Source of the DNA: Gemmatimonadota bacterium
Lineage (GTDB): Bacteria > Gemmatimonadota > Gemmatimonadetes > Gemmatimonadales > GWC2-71-9
Assembly: GCA_039590195.1 (NCBI GenBank)
Contig: JBDHFY010000001.1
Span: 1-61,092, forward strand
Reading direction: 5' to 3'
DNA: 61,092 bases
Each line of letters opens with the position of its first letter. Position 1 is the stretch's first letter. The position numbers were made by a program, and so were the translations under genes. Shown in pieces: positions 38,436-46,429 of the stretch. The notes beneath the pieces were generated by a model that was given only the letters and a program-made list of their open reading frames with translations, was not told the DNA's origin and made no database searches.

Positions 38436-39239
38436 TCAGAGACATCCCGTCCGGCCGCCGTCTACCGGCAGGCTTGTGCCGGTGATATACCCGGCGGTTG
38501 GGGTCGCGAGAAACCCAGCCGCGGCAGCGATCTCTTCAGGTTCGGCAAAACGGCCAGCAGGAATGTCAGCGCGCATCCCTTGCTCGACTGTCGCTTCGGG
38601 TGTTCCACTGGAGGTCGCTCGGCTCCGGATGATCTCCCGCAACCGATCGGTCATCGTGGCCCCCGGAAGGATGTTGTTCACCGTGATGCCCAAGGGCGCG
38701 AGTTCACCGGCGAGGGTCTTGGCCCAACTCGCCACCGCCCCCCGAACGGTGTTTGAAACGCCCAGGCCTTTGATGGGTTGCTTCACGGAGGTGGAGATGA
38801 TGTTGATCACCCGTCCATAGCCCGAGCCCTTCATGCCGGGGAGGACGGCCTGCACCAGGAGATGGTTACACACGAGATGCCGGGAGAAAGTTCCCATAAA
38901 AGCTTCGGGATCGGCGTCCACGATGGCTCCGGCCGGCGGTCCACCCGTGTTGTTCAAGAGGATATGAGCCGGTCCGTGTCCAGCAAGATGCTCACGAACG
39001 ATGCGTTGGAGGGTTTCCGGGTCGTCAAAGTCGGCCGAGAGCCACTGGTGCTGGTGCGGCGAGGAAGTGTCTCCTGCGGGAAGGGCTTTCGCGACGTGCT
39101 CCAGCGTGCTGGCGTCGCGGGCAACTAGCGTCACTTCAGCCCCGAGTCGCGCGAATTCGATGGCACAAGCCTTGCCAATACCGCGACTGCCCCCGCACAC
39201 GAGCGCTCTCCGTCCTCCAAGGGGGAATGCCGTCGTCAT
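38436..39239 (-). CDS. SDR family oxidoreductase
   Basis: GGSRGIG, NNTGGP, IISTS, SNTVR in place of YxxxK, NNILPG, VDGG. Confidence 0.9.
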   Translation of the reverse strand: MTTAFPLGGRRALVCGGSRGIGKACAIEFARLGAEVTLVARDASTLEHVAKALPAGDTSSPHQHQWLSADFDDPETLQRIVREHLAGHGPAHILLNNTGGPPAGAIVDADPEAFMGTFSRHLVCNHLLVQAVLPGMKGSGYGRVINIISTSVKQPIKGLGVSNTVRGAVASWAKTLAGELAPLGITVNNILPGATMTDRLREIIRSRATSSGTPEATVEQGMRADIPAGRFAEPEEIAAAAGFLATPTAGYITGTSLPVDGGRTGCL

Positions 39240-39511
39240 GGCGTCACCGGGGCCCTTCGTCAGTCAACCGAATGAAAATTCTGAGGGGGAGCTACGCGAC
39301 CGAATGTCGCCCGTCAACCCCTCCCCAATTCTACCGGTCCGCGCGCGCTGGCACGAGGCATGGAAACGGTACTCTTGACGAACTGGGATCGGGAGGGCAA
39401 CGTCCCCACGCGCCGGAGCCCATGCCGGTCGAACTCTGACGGCGCCACCGTCATCTCGACACGGCCGCTCCCCCCAGCGGCTCCCCGAAAATCTCACGCT
39501 GGAGGCTGGAC

Positions 39512-41137
39512 ATGTCCGCACGCCGACCCTGGGATACGACCTTGTTGACTCTGGTTGCCCTGGTCCTCTCGTCGTTCGGCGCCAGCGCTCAGCAGCGTCC
39601 GACGGTCGAACACTCCCCGGGCCGGGGACCGGGTCAGGGAGAGGGGCCGTTCGAGCGGCTGATCATCCGCGGCGCCATTGTGATTGACGGCACCGGCGCT
39701 CCGGGACAGGGCCCCATGGACATCGTGGTTGAGGGGAATCGCATCGCGTCGATCCAGCGCGTCGGCGCGCCTGGTGTTCCCATCCGCGAAAGCCGGCGGC
39801 CGCAAGATGCGACCCGTGAGATCGACGCACACGGCATGTACGTATTGCCGGGCCTCGTCGATCTCCACGCGCACGAGGGTGGAGTGGCGCAAGGGACCCC
39901 CGCCGAGTACGTGCACAAACTGTGGATGGCCCATGGAGTCACGACGATCCGAGATCCTGGCTCCGGGAATGGAGTGGATTGGACACTCGAGGAGCGGTCC
40001 CGCAGCGCGCGCAATGAGATCGTTGCGCCCAGGATATTCGTGTACGTGCGACCGGGATCTGGTTGGGATCGTGGTCAGATCACGAATCCCGAACTCGCCC
40101 GTGAGTATGTGCGGTGGGCGGCTGAACAGGGAGTCGACGGGTTCAAGCTCGGGTCGTACGACCCCGAGATCATGGCGGCGCTGATCGACGAGGCCAAGAA
40201 ACACGGCCTCGGGACCCAAGCCCACCTGGGACAAATGGGCGTCGTACGCATGAACGTCTTGGACGCCGCCCGCCTCGGCCTCGGCTCAATGGAGCATTGG
40301 TATGGCTTGCCCGAGGCGCTGTTCGCGGACCGGACGGTTCAAGACTTTCCCTATGATTACAACTACAACGACGAATATCACCGCTTTGGAGAGGCTGGAC
40401 GTTTGTGGAAACAAGCCGCCGCCCCGGGGAGTGAGAAGTGGAACGCGGTCATGAACGAGCTGCTGGAGTTGAAGTTCGTACTCGACCCGACCATGACGAT
40501 CTACGAAGCGAGCAGGGACATTATGCGCGCCCGCGAGGCGGAATGGCACGACACTTACACTCTCCCGTCTCTCCAGCGGTTCTACAACCCCAGTCGGGAG
40601 AGTCACGGCTCGTACTGGTTCAGCTGGACGACTCAGGACGAGATCGAATGGAAACAGAATTTTCGGCTTTGGATGACGTTCTTGAACGAGTACAAGAATC
40701 GTGGCGGCAGGGTGTGCACCGGATCGGACTCGGGTTTCATCTACAAGTTGTACGGGTTCGACTACATCCGTGAGCTCGAGTTGTTACAGGAGGCAGGGTT
40801 TCACCCGTTGGAGGTGATTCGGTCGGCCACCCTGTGTGGCGCCGAGACGCTGCACGAGCCCAGAAGCCAGGCTGCGGAGTTCGGGCTTTTGCGCGCAGGG
40901 AGACTGGCCGATCTCATCATCGTCGAAGAGAATCCTGTCAACAACCTCAAGGTGCTCTACGGCACCGGAGCGATCTTTCTCAACGACAGCACGGGTGAGG
41001 TCGAGCGACGCGGCGGCGTCAAGTACACCATCAAGGACGGTATCATGTACGATGCGAAGCAACTTCTCGACGATGTCGCTCGCATGGTCGAGGAGGCAAA
41101 ACGGCGGGAGGCCATTGCCAGCGGAGGGACGCGATAG
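39512..41137 (+). CDS. Secreted amidohydrolase family protein
   Basis: Signal peptide, VIDGTG, PGLVDLHAH, GVTTIRD, GSDSG, GRLADLII; GGAGG RBS. Confidence 0.88.
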   Translation: MSARRPWDTTLLTLVALVLSSFGASAQQRPTVEHSPGRGPGQGEGPFERLIIRGAIVIDGTGAPGQGPMDIVVEGNRIASIQRVGAPGVPIRESRRPQDATREIDAHGMYVLPGLVDLHAHEGGVAQGTPAEYVHKLWMAHGVTTIRDPGSGNGVDWTLEERSRSARNEIVAPRIFVYVRPGSGWDRGQITNPELAREYVRWAAEQGVDGFKLGSYDPEIMAALIDEAKKHGLGTQAHLGQMGVVRMNVLDAARLGLGSMEHWYGLPEALFADRTVQDFPYDYNYNDEYHRFGEAGRLWKQAAAPGSEKWNAVMNELLELKFVLDPTMTIYEASRDIMRAREAEWHDTYTLPSLQRFYNPSRESHGSYWFSWTTQDEIEWKQNFRLWMTFLNEYKNRGGRVCTGSDSGFIYKLYGFDYIRELELLQEAGFHPLEVIRSATLCGAETLHEPRSQAAEFGLLRAGRLADLIIVEENPVNNLKVLYGTGAIFLNDSTGEVERRGGVKYTIKDGIMYDAKQLLDDVARMVEEAKRREAIASGGTR

Positions 41138-41341
41138 GCGTTGGATCGCTTCGGTGGGCGGGCCGCGTCCAGGGAAGGGACCCTCGAGCGCCGTGCGATC
41201 CCTCCTGCGCGAAAGTGGTCCAAGCGCAACACCATGATGGCGGTGAAGGCCCGGTCGCTCTAGCCGGCGCCGCTCGCATCAACTGCCAACGAATCAAACG
41301 GTTGCACCGGGTTTGTGGGACGGAACGCCGACGTCGATGCT

Positions 41342-41357
41342 CGGCGCGGTTCTTGCG
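41342..41357 (+). promoter_or_regulatory. Possible sigma54 (-24/-12) promoter of the hybrid kinase
   Basis: CGGCGCGGTTCTTGCG has GG-N10-GC and resembles TGGCACG-N4-TTGC; could be chance in GC-rich DNA. Confidence 0.3.
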
Positions 41358-41399
41358 ATCCCTCCATACACTGGCATTTTCGTGAAGCTGCTCGGGGAG

Positions 41400-43634
41400 A
41401 TGAGGGATATGTCGGACAGATCCGAGCGCCGTTGCGGAGACCGACGCATCGCTTCCGATCGGCGCCGACTCGATAAAAGAACGCGCACCGTCCCGATCAC
41501 GTTCTCCGATCGACGGAGCGGACGGGACCGGCGTGTCCTCGGTCGACGGGGAAGTCTGGACCGAAGACGAGCAGCGATGCGCACGCCGCCGCCGTCGAGC
41601 CGGATGAGCGCGAGCGGATTAGTCATTCGGGAGCTAGTCGCGCTGCGTGCGCGCGTGGTCCAGCTGGAACGCCAACTCGGTGACCGTACCCGGATGGTTC
41701 AGGCGGTACGTGAGAGTGAGGAGGGGCTCCGTCAGATGATGGAGCACATCCCGGGTGCGCTGTGGGTCTACGACTGCCTGACTGAGCAAAGAGTGTACGT
41801 GAGTCGGGGCTACGAGAAGATATGGGGTCGCTCGCTCGAGACCCTTCGCAACAAGCCCACGGAGTGGCTCGATGCCATCCACCCGGAGGACCGGGCAAAA
41901 TTCGGCGAGGTAGTCTCGGCCCTTCCGGGGAGCTCGTCGCTCGACGAAACCTACCGAATCTTGCGCCCCGACGGGGCGATCCGCTGGATTCACGACCGAG
42001 GTTATCCCATCCAGGAGGAATCGGGTGAATCCCAGCGTGTGGCTGGCACTTCCGAAGACATTACCGAGCACCGAGCGCGAGAGCAGAGGCGCGTCGAGTC
42101 AGATCGAAGATTGCGTGATCTCGTGGCAAGCACACCGGATTCCGTGGCTGAATTGGATCTCGCTGGACGGGTCATGTTTGCCAGTCGAACCACCGCGGGC
42201 TTCGAGGTCGGAACCCGGTTGGGGTCAACGCTGAACGAGTTCTTGCCGCCAGAGCAACACGATTCGTTCAGCCGGGCTGTGGAGGAGGCCGTGCGCACCG
42301 GTGAGCCGCTGTCTTTCGAGACGCGGCTGGCGTTGCCTGCAGGCAACAGGTGGTGGCTCACACGCATCACTCCCCTCAGGCGCAGCGGACGAGTGGTCAG
42401 TCTGCTAGCCATTGCCTCAGACATCACTCACCGCAAGGAGCAGCAGGAGGCTGCCGCACAGCTGCGGAAGCTCGAGAGCTTGGACGTGCTGGCCGGAAGA
42501 GCCGCACACAGTTTTAACAATCTCTTCACGGTGATTCTTGGTAACAGCGACCTGGCTCTCACAGATTTGCCGCCAGGATCGCCCGGCAGGGAGCGGGTAG
42601 TTGAGGTGGCAAAGGCCGCGGAACGAGCCGCCGCGCTCGCGGATCAGTTGGCAACCTGCACGGGTGCCCGCAAAGGCGACCGTCGGCCGGTCAACCCGAG
42701 CGAACTGATTCAGGGTATGGCCTCTTCTCTCAGCAACACCGTGCCGGCGAACGTGGAGCTCGAGCTGGCATTGAGTGCCGATGCGGATGTCGTCGAGGCG
42801 AACGCCGCGCAGATACGGCAAGTCGTGATGAACCTCGTGAGTAACGCAGTAGATGCCTTTGGAAGCGGGCAAGGGGAAATAACCGTACGAACGGGTCTGA
42901 TGCTCGTGGATCGCGCTTATCTCGTCACGGCCCACGCCGACGAAAGGTTGTCTGAAGGCGTATACGGCTGTGTCACTGTGTCCGACACGGGATCCGGGAT
43001 GGACGGCGCGACCGTCAGCAGGGCCTGCGATCCCTTCTTCACGACCAAACCGAATCGGCCCGGCATGGGTCTGGCGATCGTGTTGGGACTTGTTCGGGGT
43101 CACAAGGGCGCGCTCAAGATCGACAGTCAGCCTGGGCGCGGCACGACGGTCAATGTGTTGTTGCCACTCGCCGAATGGCCTTCGGCGGGAATCGACCCGC
43201 AGCAAGAGAAGCCGGATTCTCTGCCTGTCTCCGAGACCGCTCCTCCCCGTGGAACCGTGTTGATCGCGGAGGACGATGAGACGGTGCGTTCGGTCGCCAA
43301 GTGGGCGTTGGAACAAGCGGGATTTGAGGTCTTGGCGGCACCGGACGGCAGGCAGGCAGTCTCTATCTTCCGCGAGCACGCCAGCGAGATAGATCTAGTG
43401 TTGCTCGACCTAGCCATGCCTCGCATGCGGGGGGAAGAGGCACTGCGCGAGATCCGGTCAGTGCGTTCAGACGCGCGTATCGTGATCACCAGTGGGTACA
43501 GCCAGCGCGAGATAAGCAAGCGGTTCATGGGTCACGGGCTCGTTGGCTTTCTGCAGAAGCCCTATCGCCACGCGTCCCTGCTTCGAGAAGTGCACCGGGC
43601 AATCAGCGGCAAGGGCGACGATCCCCCGCGCTGA
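41400..43634 (+). CDS. PAS-PAS hybrid sensor histidine kinase / response regulator
   Basis: PAS (IHPEDR, RPDGAIRWI), H-box AAHSFNN, N-box NLVSNA, DTGSGM, PFFTTK, receiver AEDD...LLD...QKP. Start 41400 or 41409. Confidence 0.92.
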   Translation: MRDMSDRSERRCGDRRIASDRRRLDKRTRTVPITFSDRRSGRDRRVLGRRGSLDRRRAAMRTPPPSSRMSASGLVIRELVALRARVVQLERQLGDRTRMVQAVRESEEGLRQMMEHIPGALWVYDCLTEQRVYVSRGYEKIWGRSLETLRNKPTEWLDAIHPEDRAKFGEVVSALPGSSSLDETYRILRPDGAIRWIHDRGYPIQEESGESQRVAGTSEDITEHRAREQRRVESDRRLRDLVASTPDSVAELDLAGRVMFASRTTAGFEVGTRLGSTLNEFLPPEQHDSFSRAVEEAVRTGEPLSFETRLALPAGNRWWLTRITPLRRSGRVVSLLAIASDITHRKEQQEAAAQLRKLESLDVLAGRAAHSFNNLFTVILGNSDLALTDLPPGSPGRERVVEVAKAAERAAALADQLATCTGARKGDRRPVNPSELIQGMASSLSNTVPANVELELALSADADVVEANAAQIRQVVMNLVSNAVDAFGSGQGEITVRTGLMLVDRAYLVTAHADERLSEGVYGCVTVSDTGSGMDGATVSRACDPFFTTKPNRPGMGLAIVLGLVRGHKGALKIDSQPGRGTTVNVLLPLAEWPSAGIDPQQEKPDSLPVSETAPPRGTVLIAEDDETVRSVAKWALEQAGFEVLAAPDGRQAVSIFREHASEIDLVLLDLAMPRMRGEEALREIRSVRSDARIVITSGYSQREISKRFMGHGLVGFLQKPYRHASLLREVHRAISGKGDDPPR

Positions 43635-43719
43635 CGGCCGAACTCAACAAGGTCATCAGTCGGCCTGGCCGCAGACGTGGATTGTGGGCACCTCGGTTAC
43701 CCTGTTGAACGATGCACCG

Positions 43720-44589
43720 TCACTCCGCATCAGATTCCCTGGCGGTGGGCGGCACCAGCAGGTAGACACAGCGATCCGAGGTCTCGTCGCGAAGGAAACG
43801 AGTGACTGTGTAGCCCTGGCCGAGATAGGTGTGGAAGGCTTCCCTCGTGCCGGCGCGCCACGCAGCGGCGGCGCCAACGTCAGCAACCTTCAGCGCGTCG
43901 ATCTCCGGCGGTATCTCGATGTACACGGGAGTAGCGGGTCCGGTGTGGTTTCGGCGAAGGGTCCGCACTGCGCCGCGGTCATGAGGTGGGTTGACGATGG
44001 CGGAGTCCCGCGGAAATGAAGATCCCCCACCGGGGCGGGCATCATGACGGCCCCGTTCATCGTGCCTTTCCTCATCCAGCCTCCACTGCACGACGAACCG
44101 GTCTGTTCCAATGACGCCGTCAAGCAGGCTTGCATCGCCGGCCCCGTACATGTCGGGGACATATTCCATCACGCGCGCACCGAGCTTCTCGATATTCAGA
44201 TGTGCATTTCGAGCTACGAGCGGGTCGTAGCTCCAGTACATGACCGGCACTCGACGCTCCAAGAGCCACGCCCGTTGGAATGTCTTTAGGCGCCGGCCGA
44301 TACCGCGGTCCCGAAACTCGGGTCTTACCGCCAACATGTCCGACCAGTGGCAGAGCTCGCCGTCTCTCCATCCGGTGATTCCAAAGACAAAGCCAACCAT
44401 GTGGCCAGATGGGTCGAATGCTCCAGCGGCGACACCTCCGATCTCTTGGCTGACCTTGAGGACGGCCGGGGGTACACACTCGCCCGGAGTGTTCCAGGTC
44501 TCGAGTTGCAGGCGCACGCACTCTCGATACTCGGCGAGGGTTTGGAGAGAGCGGATCTCAATGTCAGGCGGTGGGGTGGAGCGGGGCAT
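43720..44589 (-). CDS. GNAT family N-acyltransferase
   Basis: HWSDMLAVRPEFRDRGIGRRLK, WSYDPL.ARNAHLN..KLGA, Y..DMYG, TDRF, WR...R.AF. Confidence 0.85.
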   Translation of the reverse strand: MPRSTPPPDIEIRSLQTLAEYRECVRLQLETWNTPGECVPPAVLKVSQEIGGVAAGAFDPSGHMVGFVFGITGWRDGELCHWSDMLAVRPEFRDRGIGRRLKTFQRAWLLERRVPVMYWSYDPLVARNAHLNIEKLGARVMEYVPDMYGAGDASLLDGVIGTDRFVVQWRLDEERHDERGRHDARPGGGSSFPRDSAIVNPPHDRGAVRTLRRNHTGPATPVYIEIPPEIDALKVADVGAAAAWRAGTREAFHTYLGQGYTVTRFLRDETSDRCVYLLVPPTARESDAE

Positions 44590-44679
44590 TGACCTTTTCG
44601 GGCGGCCATTTGGGTCGCCTCACGTTAGGGAATGGACGTCGACGCGACAAGGTCCTGCCCGGACGAAAGGCCATCATGG

Positions 44680-44742
44680 CTACTAGTTGTATAGTTGACA
44701 CGCCGGGTGGCATCCGTAGTTTCTACTAATAATCTAGTAGAA
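44680..44742 (+). promoter_or_regulatory. blaI-like promoter flanked by two palindromic operators
   Basis: TTGACA (44695-44700) - 16 nt - TAGTTT; CTACTA-GTTGTA-TAGTTG (44680-44697) and TTCTACTA-ATAATC-TAGTAGAA (44721-44742). Confidence 0.75.
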
Positions 44743-44771
44743 CGTTGGACGTTCGCGTTGAGACGTATTCG

Positions 44772-45146
44772 ATGGAGATTTCCTTCAGTAATCGTGAGCT
44801 CGATGTCATGGCCGTTCTGTGGAGCCGCGGTTCCGCCACGGTTGCAGAGGTCCGCGATCAGCTCCGGGATGACCTGGCGTACACGACGGTGCTCACCGTG
44901 CTCCAGACATTGGAGCGGAAGGGCCACGTGAGGCACGAGGAGCAGGGCAAGGCGTACCGATACTTCAGCCTGGTCGGCCGAGATGTGGCCGCCCGGTGTG
45001 CCCTCACGGAAATTGTGGCAAAGCTGTTCGGAGGATCGTCCGAACTCCTGCTCATGCAGCTAGTGGCAGACCGGCACCTCTCGGACGAAGCGCTGATCCG
45101 CGCGCAAGAGTTGCTCGACGACCGCCTGCAGGCATCCCGGGAATGA
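44772..45146 (+). CDS. BlaI/MecI/CopY family transcriptional repressor
   Basis: RELDVMAVLW, ATVAEV, LAYTTVLTVLQTLERKGHV, GKAYRY, LFGGS. Confidence 0.94.
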   Translation: MEISFSNRELDVMAVLWSRGSATVAEVRDQLRDDLAYTTVLTVLQTLERKGHVRHEEQGKAYRYFSLVGRDVAARCALTEIVAKLFGGSSELLLMQLVADRHLSDEALIRAQELLDDRLQASRE

Positions 45147-45232
45147 TGGGTGTGGCGCTGGTGTAACGGGCGGGCGTCCCTCTTGGAAGGTGATGACGAA
45201 GCAGGGGCACCGCGAGAACTTCCCGCCGAATA

Positions 45233-45342
45233 GAAAAAGAGAACCTCGGTCGGTTGGGCGACCTGCCGTATGGCTAGGTCCTCGCTGGAGGGGACGAAGC
45301 GGGTCCACGCACTGCCCGGCTCAACCGACCGAAGTCCTCTAG
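45233..45342 (-). ncRNA. Candidate structured small RNA, family not recognised
   Basis: 22-bp closing stem (45319-45340 with 45238-45259), three internal hairpins, 3' U-run, upstream promoter. Confidence 0.6.
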
Positions 45343-45348
45343 GACCAC

Positions 45349-45377
45349 ATAATAAGGCCTTTTTCCGCTGATGGCGA
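45349..45377 (-). promoter_or_regulatory. Sigma70-type promoter for the candidate sRNA
   Basis: Minus strand TCGCCA (45377-45372) - 17 nt - TATTAT (45354-45349). Confidence 0.55.
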
Positions 45378-45664
45378 GGCCTGGAGCCGGGCGGGCGGGC
45401 CGCCGGGCGGGATGTCTTCCTTCTGCTTCCCACTTTACGGTTCCGGCCCGGGCCAGTGCGCCGCGCCGCGTCCTCCGGAAACGGACCATAGCGGGGGTAC
45501 CGGGTCGGGTTGTTTCCCCTCAATTTGTTCAGATTAGGTCCGGGCGACACGTCTGCCCCGTCGATGAGGTTAGCTCGCTCGAGCCAACCCGTTTCACGGG
45601 GCCCTCGAGCCAGGTGGATTGCTTATTGTGGGGCAGTCTGCCCATGCGCGGGAAAGGAACAGCG

Positions 45665-46429
45665 ATGAGATCCACGGTTTGTTGTGCTGTTGTGGCAGGT
45701 CTGCTGGTGGTTTCCCAGCTCGCGGATGCCCAGACCAAGACGCGGATCAACGTACGTGTCGTGTCGCACGATGCCAAGATCATTGGGAGCGGCGTCGGGG
45801 GGGCTCGGGTCATCGTCCGGGATCCCGCAACCGGCAGGATACTGGCCGAGGAGCTGCAAGAGGGCGGCACGGGAGATACCCAGGCCATCGTCGTCACTCC
45901 GGTGACGCGGGGGAAGAGCATCTATGCGACGCCGGGCGCGGCGGCGGTAACCGTTGCCCTCGACCTCGATCGGCCCAAGGTGCTCGAGTTCATCGGTGAG
46001 GGCCCTTTGGGATACGGGCACGCCGTTCAACGTGCTGTCAAACGTATGCTCATTCTCCCCGGAGAGGACATCCTGGGGGATGGTGTGGTGCTCGAGCTTC
46101 ACGGATTCATTGTGGAGTTGCTCGAGCCGGCGGCCCCTCCCGCGGCGGGCAGCGGCCCCGTGGAGGTGCTTGCCAGGGTGCGGATGATGTGCGGATGTCC
46201 CCACACCCCGGGCGGGTTGTGGGATGCGGATCGGGTGCAGGTCATGGCTCGCCTGTACCGGGAAGGTGAGGTGCTGCTGAGCCGGCGGCTGCGCTACGCC
46301 GGAGAGCCCAATCTGTTTCGTGGGTCGATATCGCTGGCGGGCGTTCCCGGCGGGAGCCGGCTCGTGGTGGTGGCCAGCGATCCGGACCGCGTGAACTTCG
46401 GGATGAGCACCTCGCATCCTATTCAATAA
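45665..46429 (+). CDS. Secreted hypothetical protein with MMCGCP motif
   Basis: AAAGGA RBS, signal peptide ending ADA-Q, VRVVSHDAKIIG, RMMCGCPHTPGGLW. Confidence 0.78.
   Translation: MRSTVCCAVVAGLLVVSQLADAQTKTRINVRVVSHDAKIIGSGVGGARVIVRDPATGRILAEELQEGGTGDTQAIVVTPVTRGKSIYATPGAAAVTVALDLDRPKVLEFIGEGPLGYGHAVQRAVKRMLILPGEDILGDGVVLELHGFIVELLEPAAPPAAGSGPVEVLARVRMMCGCPHTPGGLWDADRVQVMARLYREGEVLLSRRLRYAGEPNLFRGSISLAGVPGGSRLVVVASDPDRVNFGMSTSHPIQ

Noticed and set aside
39349-39365. TGGCACG sigma54-like site upstream of the amidohydrolase
   Set aside because: The -12 position reads GG rather than the required GC.
45233-45342. Identification of the candidate RNA as tRNA, SRP RNA, 6S RNA or Y RNA
   Set aside because: No T-loop or 7-nt anticodon loop, no SRP GGAA domain, too short for 6S, and no clear Ro60-binding bulged helix or Ro60 gene in the window.
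45274-45664. Small ORFs 45274..45489 and 45060..45308, and the long N-terminal extension of 45371..46429
   Set aside because: Arg/Pro-rich with no RBS or motifs; the region is better explained by the structured RNA and a start at ATG 45665.
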